Source: Vicugna vicugna
Lineage: Eukaryota
Assembly (NCBI GenBank): GCA_013265495.1
Contig: MU058444.1
Coordinates: forward strand, 434,001 to 498,000
Reading direction: 5' to 3'
Length of the DNA stretch: 64,000 nucleotides
Shown: one piece after another, positions 40,513-51,853 of the stretch
How positions within the stretch are numbered: position 1 is the stretch's first letter
Layout of the letters: each line of letters starts with the position of its first letter
Program-made: the position numbers and the translations under genes
The notes under the pieces: generated by a model
Databases searched by the model: none
Told to the model about the DNA's origin: nothing
The model's input: only the letters and a program-made list of their open reading frames with translations

Positions 40513-40999
40513 GGGATTTTTCTTCTTTGCTTTGTATCTCGGCACACCTGCTTTAATTCTCAGTTAAACCGTAAGCTCTTTGAGGGCAGGAAGGTATAAA
40601 ATTCTCTTTTAAGTATTCCTAAATATACACAGCATAGAAAAAGGCGTATAATTTGTTTCATGATATTACACGGCACTTCCATTAAACAGTTTAGATCATT
40701 TCCTAGGTCAAAAAGTACTGGGTTATTTGGAATAACTTTTCCCCACATGCATTATGAAATATTGACGATTATTTTGCTTGTAATGTTTCCACACAGTCGG
40801 GCTTTTGATAACGGTGAAAATGTTAAGAGGTATAATCTAAGTCCCTAAAATAAAACTTTCATTCTTCCCAGAGCCTTCGGTCTATAATCAGCCCTTGTGA
40901 CACAACATCTTTCATTGCCAAAGCACAAATATAGATATGACAGATTTTTGGAGAAAAATCAATACTTAGAAAATAGAAACGCGAAAGCTGAAGGCTCCA

Positions 41000-41630
41000 A
41001 TCAGTTTCACATGTGAAGTTCTGCGGTTTGTCTGCGGTCGGAACGAGCACTGTCTTCCAAGAAGCTTGGAATGGGATTTTGTTTTGACGAATGTTTGATT
41101 CCAAGCTCTCTTTTAGAGCAGATGTGGTTCATAGCAAAACTTCAGTCACTGCAGATGCTCCTGGATCACTTGCTGTTTATGTGCCAAGGACCAATAATTA
41201 AAGTTATTGATTTTTGAAGTGATCACTGTGTGTTTGCTCGTCCTTTATCGAGACCCAGTGTTTGCATGTGTTCGTACTTCTAAATGTTCTCAGTGAGTGT
41301 GACCGGCTGATGGCTGGGATTGGCAGATGTGGGGGACCCTTCAATCAGCTCCGTGTTGCAGCACAATCTGGCTTCTCTGTTCTTTTTTGCAGAATATGTA
41401 ATTGGAGGACATGCATGCAAAGAAAAGAGGGGAGAATGCCTGTAGGTGGTGATTCTTTTTTTTTTTTTTAACTTCTACTGGCTCCATTTTAGTAGTCAAC
41501 GTGACCTCTCGTGTAGTTCCAAATCTAAAAATGGTCTGAACATAAATCTGCTCTTTGGAGCTGACAAAATCCTTCGGTTCAGGGAGGGTTCCATGTTACC
41601 TCTTTTTAGAATTCTTTTCTCTGTGCGTGC

Positions 41631-41669
<39 letters not shown>

Positions 41670-41735
41670 GTTTCAGTCAGCGGCTCCCTTCCCACCTAAG
41701 GCGTTGATTTGCTCACTCCCTTATGTGATGAATCA
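41000..41735 (+). promoter_or_regulatory. Probable promoter/5' UTR region of the MLIP exon-1b transcript
   Basis: Non-repetitive sequence directly upstream of a first coding exon, containing a GT repeat. The TSS cannot be placed from sequence. Confidence 0.5.
41622..41668. repeat. (GTGC)3(GT)n alternating purine-pyrimidine repeat upstream of the MLIP ATG
   Basis: 47 bp, ending about 68 nt upstream of ATG 41736. Confidence 0.95.
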
Positions 41736-41831
41736 ATGCTTCCAGAACGGGGGCTCCCGAGGGACTGCGGGAACAATCACTTCCAAATGAACTCGTGCAT
41801 CCTAGCCGGGAGCGTTCAGACCGCACCCCAG
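41736..41831 (+). CDS. MLIP: MLIP first coding exon (exon 1b-type), MLPERGLPRDCGNNHFQMNSCILAGSVQTAPQ
   Basis: ATG at 41736, 32 codons, ends CAG|GTAAAA. The peptide resembles the recalled human MLIP N-terminus MLSEQGLLSDCGNNYFQMTSCILSGSIQTTPQ. Confidence 0.9.
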
Positions 41832-43849
41832 GTAAAAGGAAGTCTTTCCTTAATGCTTTCAAGAACTTTTAAAGGCTCTGCACTGTGGTGTTGGCTGCAA
41901 GTGGGTTTGAGGGAGAGCTGCCTGGGGGTAGGTCAGTTTCGCTATACGCAAAGGAAATGTTACAGACAGTTAGGGGAAAGGATGAGCAGATAGAAGCAAA
42001 ACTGCTTACTGGCAATCAAAGATGCTCGGGACAGTCCTTGGCGTGGCATGTGTGCCCAGACACCCTGTAATGTTTCTTCTCAACAGGAGGCTAGTGGCCA
42101 TCTGTGAGTGTGGGTGTCAACATAGCAAGGGAAAGAACTTTCACAGAAATAGAAGAAGGGAAGGCACTGTAGCTCAGGACTGAGCAAAAGTGCAAACAGC
42201 CTGCATGGCACGGGGGTGAACAGTCTCTTAAATCATTAGCCAGCTGTCCGGTGAGAAGGGACAGTCTCAGTTTCGAGCCCTTGAAACCATATTTAGGAAG
42301 AGCTTTTAATCCTTTCGGCTCTAATTTCTATGATTAAAGTGGTTTCCCAAGGAGAGGAACTAAGATGTGTTTTTAAGCAACGTCGACAACTGAAAGTGTT
42401 AATTGGTATTTAACAAATGCAATGGTATTAACATGCATCTGTTTCTGCTCTGTGTGGGAAATGAGTTTTCATCACCATAGCAATTCATTTCTGGGCTCCG
42501 TTGGAACTGGGCCACAGTATGCAGTAAATGGCACTTTATTTTATTTTTCTTTTCTGAATAAGGGATTCAGCAGTCAACCAGCTAACACGGGGCTCTTCAT
42601 CTACATGTTGTATAGTGTCACTAGTATGATTTCAAATCCTTTTCCAACTAAATTCTGTGCAAAAAAAAAAAATTCCGTACATCTTTGGTAGGATAAGAGG
42701 ATGATAGGTAAAAGTGATGAAAAGAACTGCATGATAACGTACTCCCAGCTTAAAAGCGAATACCAAACCATGGCCCCCTTTTTGTGGTTGTTCTTCTGAG
42801 GCTCTGTGTGTGGACAGGAATTTATCCCTGGTCTTTTCCGTAGCAGTAACCTAGGAAGATGAATAAAGTCTTTATTAGTACAATTGGATTTTCCATTTTT
42901 ATGTTATGCTTGAATGACATCATACGTTGGTTCCACTAAAATTAAAAAATAGTGCACTCCTACACTGGTGAAGAAATTTTATATAGGAAATGAAAAAAGG
43001 AAATTTTACGTAGGAAATGGATGTTTCTGTAGGAATCTGTAACAATAAAGTAGAAGGAAACAATTCTACTTATTTTCAGTTGCTTTTATTGTCAACCTGC
43101 GGTTATGTTGAGAAATTCCTTGGAGGACAGTGTTCTAAAAGCGCACCTTATTCATTGAAGCATCGGTGTTTATTCATACTTTGTTTCCATTTTATTCACT
43201 AAAATTGTAGCTATTAACCTTTAAAAAGTCAATCGTTTATAACGTATCGATAGCAACCACCTATTTGTATTTTAAATACTTCAGTAGCAAGCCTTTTGGA
43301 GAAGGGAATTTTTGTCACTGTACATGCTTTAGAAGGCAAAGTTACTGTTAATGATGGTTATGTGTATTTTGTAACCACAGGACACTTACACTGAAGGCTT
43401 TCATGCATCAGTATTTAAATTTCCTCCGGATAAAACCTACGATACACCTGTCATTGTCATGTGGGGAGATGAGGGCAGGCTTACAGAGCCTCAGGACAAA
43501 GTCACAATTCCACCTCTCCTCTGACTCCTAAAAGACGATCTTTATTTCCTACCCAAATGAAATTCTACGATGAACTATCTGAACTACCCTCAGTGATTTC
43601 CTTGCTGAAACCCCGTCTCCATCCATCATGATATTGATGAGATGAGTCATATAAAGAAACCTTCCCGGAAAATAATCCATCAGGAAAGTGTGCAGAATTG
43701 AGTATCACTGATGACACTTAGTGGGCTCCCCAGATCTCACAAGGGATGTCATGTCCCTTCCTACAAAGGAAAGCATTGGTTTATTATTTTCTGATGATAA
43801 GCTACAGCCCAGGAATGGTGCCATGACTGTGATGGGGGAATAATGACAA

Positions 43850-44035
43850 TTTTTTTTGGAAGTATAGTCAGCTTACAATGTTGTGTCAATTTCTGGTGTA
43901 CAGAGTAATAGTTCAGTCATACAGATGCATACATATATTTGTGTTCTTACTCTTTTTCATTACAGGTTACTACAAGATGTTGAATATAGTTCCCTGTGCT
44001 GTACAGGAGGACCCTGTTGTGTATATACTTTCTAT
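43850..44035 (-). mobile_element. Short L1 3' end
   Basis: gaagtatagtcagcttacaatgttgtgtcaatttctggtgtacag..., similar to the reverse complement of 11360-11576. Confidence 0.85.
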
Positions 44036-44049
44036 AGCACCTTCTTCTC

Positions 44050-44490
44050 CCTTTCCACGTGGCCCCCCATCTGCCGCTCTTGGCTTTCTGACCTAATTCC
44101 GATCTCGTGTCTTTAAAAACCGGCATTAGCTATCCAAAATTCTAATGTGACGATGCCACGCACAATCTACGGGACTTTCACGGTTGCTTGTTGTCAATAG
44201 GACAAAATCCAGGCTTGGTCCTCACCCCACCATTGACGCTTTCTTTATTTTTTGCTCAGTCAGGGTCCTCATCTTCCTCTCCCCCGGGGCTTCAGTTTCA
44301 GGTGCTGCCTTTTGCAGAGTTTCCCAGACTGGGCAGCATCCCTCATGACACTTCCCTTCCTCTCCTGTGCCCATGCTTTCCCTGCCTGTGTGTGGTCTGT
44401 TGACCGTTTCCTCTTCACGATTGTCGCCTGAGCTCCCAAGGGCCTCCGCACAGCAAGTACTTAACAAGATGATTTTTGAATGAATAAAGA
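44050..44490 (+). mobile_element. L2 3' fragment (others near 18350-18620, 31670-31780, 33620-33790, 46670-46900, 50600-52300, 62670-63150)
   Basis: cacagcaagtacttaacaagat...tgaatgaat L2-type terminus, degraded. Confidence 0.55.
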
Positions 44491-45019
44491 AGGAAGGAAA
44501 GAGAGGGTATTTCCCTGAGAAGAGGCAGGGGTAGTCCGACAGCCAGAAAAGTAAACTTTCCACCTTCGGTCCGTATTTGAACCCTCTCGATAACGATCTC
44601 TGTTGGAAGTTTCATGTGTGCTTGGGGATTGAGAGCCAGCTCAGACTTGCTAAACCCAGGGCTAAATGGATACAAGTCAATTGCAGAGCAGACCAGATGC
44701 TGTGTTTGCGATGACACCACAGAGGTACAGATGCCTTATGCCAGCTGGTCGACTTGTCCCCCTGCCCTTTCCTTGCTCTGTCCTATAGTGGGATCTTCCT
44801 GGGGTTGTATTTCTTTCTCTGAGAAATATTTTTCATAAAAAAAGGATCTGATACACTCTGAATATTTTAATGGCTGTTCTCTTTGGCAACCATACACACG
44901 ATCACAGAGTAACAGGCAATTTATCAAAATCAATGAGGTAAATATCACAATATATAGAGAACGAAGTCAAGGTGAACCTTTAAGAAGACTGAAAGTCTCA
45001 TTTATTACGTGTCTCATAG

Positions 45020-45175
45020 GTCTCTTCTGGTGACTCTGAAGCCAAACCTCTGATCTTCACATTTGTTCCCACTGTCAGAAGACTACCAACCCACTCCCAG
45101 TTGACTGACACCTCTAAATTCCTTGTTAAAATCCCTGAGGAGCCAAGCGATAAGACTCCAGAAACTGTAAATAGG
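45020..45175 (+). CDS. MLIP: MLIP coding exon 2, VSSGDSEAKPLIFTFVPTVRRLPTHSQLTDTSKFLVKIPEEPSDKTPETVNR
   Basis: Translated by hand (not in the ORF track). Acceptor tctcatAG, donor AGG|GTAGG, 156 nt, phase 0. Matches the recalled MLIP segment EAKPLIFTFVPTVRRLPTH. Confidence 0.95.
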
Positions 45176-45520
45176 GTAGGATTATTTTTATTATTTTTTT
45201 ATATCAAGCAATTAACATTAAATTATCCATAGTAATGACTTGAAAATCTGTATGAATGTTCATTTTCTCTGCTTAAAGTGAGATGACTGTGATTGGCTAA
45301 AAATATAGTTATGTAACAGGAGCTTCAAGTCCCGGGTTCTCTCCAATACATTATTCTCAGCACTTTGGATCAGACGTCCTGTGGTTTGCTGTTCACATGA
45401 TATATTCTGCCTCTTGGCATCCCCTGCTCCCAAATGTATCTTAAAATAATAAAAGCAAATTTTTTTAAAAGTTTAAATTTATCTTCATAGAGAAAATACT
45501 AGATAGAGTGAGGTATTATT

Positions 45521-45628
45521 ATTATTATTATTAATTATTTTAGTTCAAAATTTGTAGATACTGGCAGGCATATGTAGAATAGATAAACAAGATTATACTG
45601 TATAGCACAGGAAAATATATACAAGATC
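45521..45628. mobile_element. Tiny inverted L1 insertion with a 15-bp TSD
   Basis: TSD gagtgaggtattatt (45506-45520, 45629-45643). (ATT)n tail at the left but L1 body in + orientation. Confidence 0.75.
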
Positions 45629-48139
45629 GAGTGAGGTATTATTTTGTGTGTAACAGATTAGCAACAGTAAAAAAATGTAATAGTCGATGTTAGGACAATT
45701 GTCGAGATACTGGCATGCTCACACTTTGTTGCTAGTTTTGTGGATTTGGGTAATTTGAGTGGAAAACCCTTATCCACAGTGCTAAGAACGTTTCAGTAAC
45801 CTTTCAGTGATCTGACTCTTGGAAATGTGTCCCAGAGAAACAGTACGAAAGAAGAAAAGTGTTACGTAGGAAAATAATTAGAGAAAAATAAAAATGGCCC
45901 AATGTGTAACAGTCAGAGAAACGCGGAGACTATGACAGCACATCACCTTGACAAAGTTACAGCCATCATGATGATGTAATTTCCTGGAGCATGTTAATTT
46001 GTATACTACTGAGTGATCCAGTAGGTTGTAAGATGGTATTTATACCCTGATGATTCCTCTCTAAAGTGAGACCAAGACTGAAAATGAAATTCAAACAAGC
46101 AAACAAAAACCTAAACATGACTTATGCTAAAATAATGACATTCTGGGTAAAAAAAAATTTTTTTTCTCTTTAAAATGTATTTTAATACTGTCTTGTAAGA
46201 AACAAAATGTGACGGAGGGAGCTCTGTGGTATTTGTGAGCCAATTTGCAGAAGATAGAATTGTCTGATTTTCCTCGTCTATGTGAAAACATTCTATCTAG
46301 AGAGTAATAATATATTTATCTGTGAACCTGGAACTTACAATGCTACCTTATTTCAAAGACTGTTGGGACCAAATTATTTCAGAGAAACCCTGAATGCTAT
46401 GTAAGGCATTTCTGGGAAGTTTGTCCCCAGCAGTACTCAAGTATATATAATATACTCATGGGATCTTTCTGTTATTAGGTGCTCTGAGTGGGTGAGACCG
46501 TAGATACAAGAATCAACCTTGGTTGCAGACTCCAAAGCTCCCTAAAATAATGATATTCATCTGCTGATACATTGGTGCCAACACAACCACATCTTTAAAA
46601 GATTAAAGGTTTTTCTTCCTGTTTTTAAAACAATTCACTATTCTAATAGAACAGGGTAGATAATCCCTCATCCTTTACATATTTAAAACTATTTACTGAA
46701 CACACGCCACGTGCTTGGTGCTATGGATTCCGAATGAATAAAGTCAACTCATGTAACTTATTTGTTATCAGGAAGGCAGACAATGAAACCAGTAAAAAGG
46801 AGATAATAAAATCTCAGGTGGTGATAAATGTAAGAAAAATACCTCAGAATAAAGTAATAGAGAATAATGGACTGTGGATGGAGGGAGTTATTTGAGATCA
46901 TTAATAATGTTTCCAAAGACTAGTTCAACTTTGCCAGCTCTCTAGTGATTCTGTTAACTTCCCATGTGATAAGCAATCTGTCTTTGAATCCTCTGATTTT
47001 TAATTTGAACTTCCTTCCTATCCGGGTTTTGTTACTACCTAGTGTTGTAATTTAATATACGAAATGACCATGGTCAGAGAAATCCTAATCAGAGGCAACT
47101 TGGGTTTTATCTTGACTACGATCATCAGCTAAAAAGTGTGGAATGAGGGTCTGAAGTCACCTCCTTTGTTTAGTTGTATCTAGTCCACGGTTGGACTATT
47201 CTGTCTTCACATACACAACACATAATACATATGAGCCCACATTAAGTTGACGGCCATAGTTGAAATTTAGTTTATTTTGGTTTATTTACTGTCTTTAACT
47301 TTCTATTTCGAAATAATGTGAAACTTAAAGAAAAGTTGCAAGGAAGAGAAGAATAGTAACCATAGTATGATGATCAAAACCCAGAGAATTAACCTTGGGT
47401 CTTTTAAACACAATCTTAGTGTACGTAGCTGCTATAATTATAGAAAAAGATGCTTTAGTGCGTAATAAAGCTGTCTCTCCCCCCTGGTCTTGTAAACCTT
47501 CTATGTATTCAGAGAAAATTGGACGGGAGAAAACTGAGAATTACAAATCCAAAATAAAATAACAGTTAAAAAATACTTTGCACTAAAAATATCTGTCTTT
47601 CTTGGTATCCTATTCATGAGTTCTTCCCAATCAGCTTGGATTGTTTTGTTTGAATTTCTGTGCATTTTGTTCCAATTCTACTTTTCTTCTCAAACTTTTA
47701 GAGAGTCATATTATTTTAGAACTTTTCAATGGGATTTCCTTTCTCCCCGGCTTCTGCAGGATATACAGGGTTTTCTTGACCATTAACTAAATGCTTGACT
47801 AGTCCCCATTTGTTTCATGAATATCTTTATGGAAAGCATTGCTCCTTTCCTCTCTTCATAAAAAGTCATATCAGGATTTATTGGAAAGCAGGTTTGTTCA
47901 TTGATGTTGATTCTAAACCCTAAATTATATGAACTTGGACCAGAATGAACAAGCAGGTTAGTAAAAGTAATCCACTAATTTCAACCCAATCTCTCCTAAG
48001 CCAATCTGATTTTTAGATATATTTTTAAAAACTCTTGTCCTTGGAGATTATAAGCAGGTTAAGCTTTTAAGGGTACGTGCAAAAAAGAAGCATTTGTCAA
48101 ATCGATGTCAACGCTTTTATGTCTCTACGTTTATTGCAG

Positions 48140-48532
48140 TCTAATTCCAATGAGTACTTGACCTTGAATGCTGGGAGCCAACGGGAGAGAGACGGAGGAA
48201 CGTTGACTTATCCTTTAGAGGTGAAGGACAAGATTTCACAAGGAAAGGGACTGAAAGCAAACGAACCTCAAGGAATGCAGCAGAGTGACCTCTTCAAAGC
48301 TGAGTATGTCTTCATTGTGGACTCTGAAGGAGAGGACGAAGCTCCAAGCAGACAGGGTGAACAGGGCCCCCCAGCGGGGGTGGACACCACAGCTGCTCGG
48401 CCCCGGTCTCTGGCCCTCTCCTCCAGTCTGGCCTCTGACGTGGTGCGCCCCAAAACCCGGGGGGCCGACCTCCAGGCCCCACCACATCCTGACATGCCCC
48501 ATGGAGTGGCTCCTCAGCAAAAACATGGGCAG
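48140..48532 (+). CDS. MLIP: MLIP coding exon 3, SNSNEYLTLNAGSQ...DLFKAEYVFIVDSEGEDEA...PQQKHGQ
   Basis: Lies inside ORF 48077..48577. Acceptor ttattgcAG, donor CAG|GTAGGT, 393 nt, phase 0. Contains the MLIP hallmark DLFKAEYVxIVDSEGEDEA. Confidence 0.96.
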
Positions 48533-50566
48533 GTAGGTTTTTCTTCTTGTCATTTAAAAGAAAATGTTTCTATTTAACACCCTTGTTCTAGACTGTCTGC
48601 AGAGTCCTTCCTATTTAGTCAAGGCCTACAAAACTCCCAAAGAAAAGGATGTTAAAAACCTAAATCCCAAGGTCATAAATCATCACAGTGTAAATACAGA
48701 TACTATGTTCTTAAGACAAAAAGGATGACACACAATTTTACTGTGGATTGGCTGAAGAGCACATGCAAAACACTCAGCCGGAGTGGAGTTGGGGGAATGT
48801 TAACTCTTCCTTCTGAAAATTCTCGGGAGAAGGTTGGCAGTGGGAGTTTCTTGGGAGAGAGAGCCTGATGGAGACGTGAGAAAGCCCCGCCGAAAAGACA
48901 TCAACTGGGGATTAGTCGTAGACACGTTACTCTGAAACAAGTGAAAGAGTAATAAAAGGAGCCACGAGGTAATAAGAGCGTGGAAGGAAAATCGTTCCCT
49001 CCTGCACATCTTAAGGGAAATACCTATTGTGTTCCTGAAGCCACCAGAAGCAGGGCCGTTCTCAGTGGATTGGGGAGAAGAACCTATCCCCAAAACTGAG
49101 CTGCAAGATTGAATGGTTCCTTTAAGGGGGAGAGCCTTTGATACAGTAGAAGAAGACCCATGCCTGTGATGGCGAGAGTAAAGGGATGGGTAGGGAGAGA
49201 TTTGGAAGGGAAAGAAATAGAGTGACTGGCTATTTGTTGTCATGAAGTTGTAAGATGACTTTGACGAGATGTAGAGAGGATGTCAGGAATGCAGAGGCTG
49301 GCCTGGGGAGCAAGTAATGGGTACAGAGCGCTCTCCTTGACAATGAGCATGAGTTGGTACCCAAATGCCCCATTTAGGAGCTGCTAGACCAGGCATTTGC
49401 AAGCATCTCAGAGTAACTGGAAGAACATGTTTATTGGTGAGTTGGCTTTTTGGAGCTACTAGGACGCATGCAAAATGGTAGAGCAGGCATCTTATTTTTG
49501 GTGCCACCCCATCTTTATGTCTGCAGCTTTTGCTGACTTCCCGATGCTGCACTGATGTCACCTTCAAGCATTCAGTATCCTCATGCCACCTTTTGGTGCT
49601 GGAAGACTCTCACTGGGGTACCACCACCACCCAGGTCTATTGGACTAAAAGATTGATTTCTTCTTGAAATTTATTCTCAGCTAGTTATTGGAAATATTCT
49701 AATCATATAATTAAGCATCTTCTCAGTCAATGGTGATAAGCTTAAACATTTCTTTCCTGCCTTTGGAAGGATGGTGGAATAACCAATTTGGAGATGTGGC
49801 CATTGACATAGTCAGTGGAGGGTACTTTAATGTGGCCCCTTTGAAGAACATGTAGACACGGCGATACCAAATATAAGCGAAGAAAAATACCCTCAATGAA
49901 GCAAAGTTTGGAATTTTAATTTACTCTTTTCCCCAATTGATAGATTTCTTCTGCTGAGTTGGTCATTTATTTTGTTTTCATGGGATCATATATATAGAGT
50001 CCAAACTAGAGACTAAACACATATGTGGATTTTTTTTTTTTTGCCAGAATAGGTTAGAAGTAGGTTATAGTTCATGTTGTCAAAGCTTCAAATGAAAAGG
50101 TAAAGCTCAGCCTGATTCATTAGTGGTGGCAGAACATTCTGATCACCACAGGAGGAGGACTGCTGGGTCCTGAAATGTTTGGGAATCGCCATTGTTCCTG
50201 ATTCCATTTCCTGTAATAATCCCCTTGAGCAACGGGTACTAGGTCATCATGAAATAAAAATAAGATGACTGTTACCCACAGATGTAAACTAAACATCAAC
50301 GACCAGATCATCAAAGAAGGCACTCAGAAGTTTCACGTAGTCAGGAGTCAAAGCTTAGCGTAAAAAGCCTAAAGATGTTTCCATCATTTGATCACCTGGT
50401 ACCAGTCACATTAGTCTTTCAATCAGAAATGCAGTTAATTAAGTGTCCTTCTGGTCTACCTGGTAAAAATGAACCCACGTACAGAATTGTCTACAAATTA
50501 GCACTAGCAGTAAGTCAGGAGAAATTTATGAAGATATTCCAAAAAAAAAATGTCCTTAGTTCTTAT

Positions 50567-50596
50567 TCTGACCATAGTCTGACCATAGTCTGACCA
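50567..50596. repeat. 11-bp tandem repeat tctgaccatag x2.7
   Basis: Copies start at 50567, 50578 and 50589. Confidence 0.9.
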
Positions 50597-51691
50597 CCTG
50601 CCTAGGTGTCATTTTTCTGTCCACCTCTTGTACCTTTCTTCTTCAGCTCTCTTGAACCATCAGCCAAGCACATGCTTCCTACCTTTGCATCCCTGGGCTC
50701 TTCATTCCTGTGTGTGATGCTTCTTTCCTCCCCAGCCTGCCTTCATGTTGGTCTTGGCTACTCGAAGCTCAGTTCAAGTAGCACCTTTTCCCAGAGACAT
50801 TCCCTTTAAAGAGGAGTTAGGTTTTCTCCTGAATTTTGTCACTTTCCTTAGAGTTTGTAACCTTTTTTTTTTGAAAATCTCCGATTTAACTCCTTTTATG
50901 TTTATAACCTGATTATAATCATTGAGTTTATTTTTCTTCCTCACTAGACTGAGAACCACTTGAAGTCGAGGTCTGTCTCTTGTTCATTTCTGTGTCTTTA
51001 GCACTTAGTGTAGTGTCTTGTGTATATGTAGGTTCAATAAGGTGTATGAAAAGTATACGTATTTAAAATTTCACATTGTTGAAGTCTTTGTTCAGATGTT
51101 GGCTCCTTCACGAAGCCCGCTTTGGTTCCTTCAGTGAAAGCAAACTCTCCCTCAATATATTTCTGGTAGCCTTTTCTGTACATTTTTATAACAGTTACCC
51201 TATCCCAGCAAGTATTATACACATTTAAGTTTATGCCTTATCTCCTCTAGCAGATTGGGAAGTCTTGAAAGGTAAAGTCCAGGTTAAATTCATTTTTATT
51301 AAACATTTTGTTCCCTATAATGGTTACTGTATTATCTTGAGCATAGTCAATATAAATACTGAGTTGAGTGTACTTTGTGTTCCAAATATTTTTGTTGAAG
51401 TGGCACATTTAAGTAAAAGCACATTGTCAAAAAATCACCAACAAACTAAAAAATTGAAAGTGTTAAGTCAAAAGTAAAAAGGCTATATAAGCAGTTGAGT
51501 GAAAACTTTCTCAGATAAAATTCAGAAAAAAATCAGTAATATTTTTGAATGTCAGTGTCTTGAATGTTGGTGTCAAGGTCTAAGAATTGTCTTACCTAAG
51601 GATGCTATTAGACTTAAGAGAGAGGTGGCTTAGCTATGGTGAAACCTGGAGCTGAGGCAGTGGCACTGGGAATAAAAAAGAAGGACTTTTT

Positions 51692-51853
51692 AGAGGGGAG
51701 GATATAGTTCAAGTGGTAGAGCCCATGCTTAGCATGCACGAGGTCCTGGGTTCAATCCCCAGTACCTCCTCTAGAAAGAAATAAACCTAATTACCCTCCT
51801 CCCCACCAAAATACAATAATTAAATAATACAATAATAAATAAATTGGAATTTA
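51692..51853 (+). mobile_element. tRNA-derived SINE (Vic-1 type)
   Basis: GGGGAGGATATAGTTCAAGTGG...GGTTCAATCCCCAGTACC, TSD aaaaaagaaggac (51674-51686, 51854-51866). Confidence 0.92.

Noticed and set aside
42972..43020. Short direct duplications (also 32114-32148, 34179-34202, 25637-25655)
   Set aside because: Ordinary microduplications with no sign of function.
45296..45310. MEF2 site downstream of exon 2 (ctaaaaatatag)
   Set aside because: It has six A/T between CTA and TAG, not the four in the consensus.
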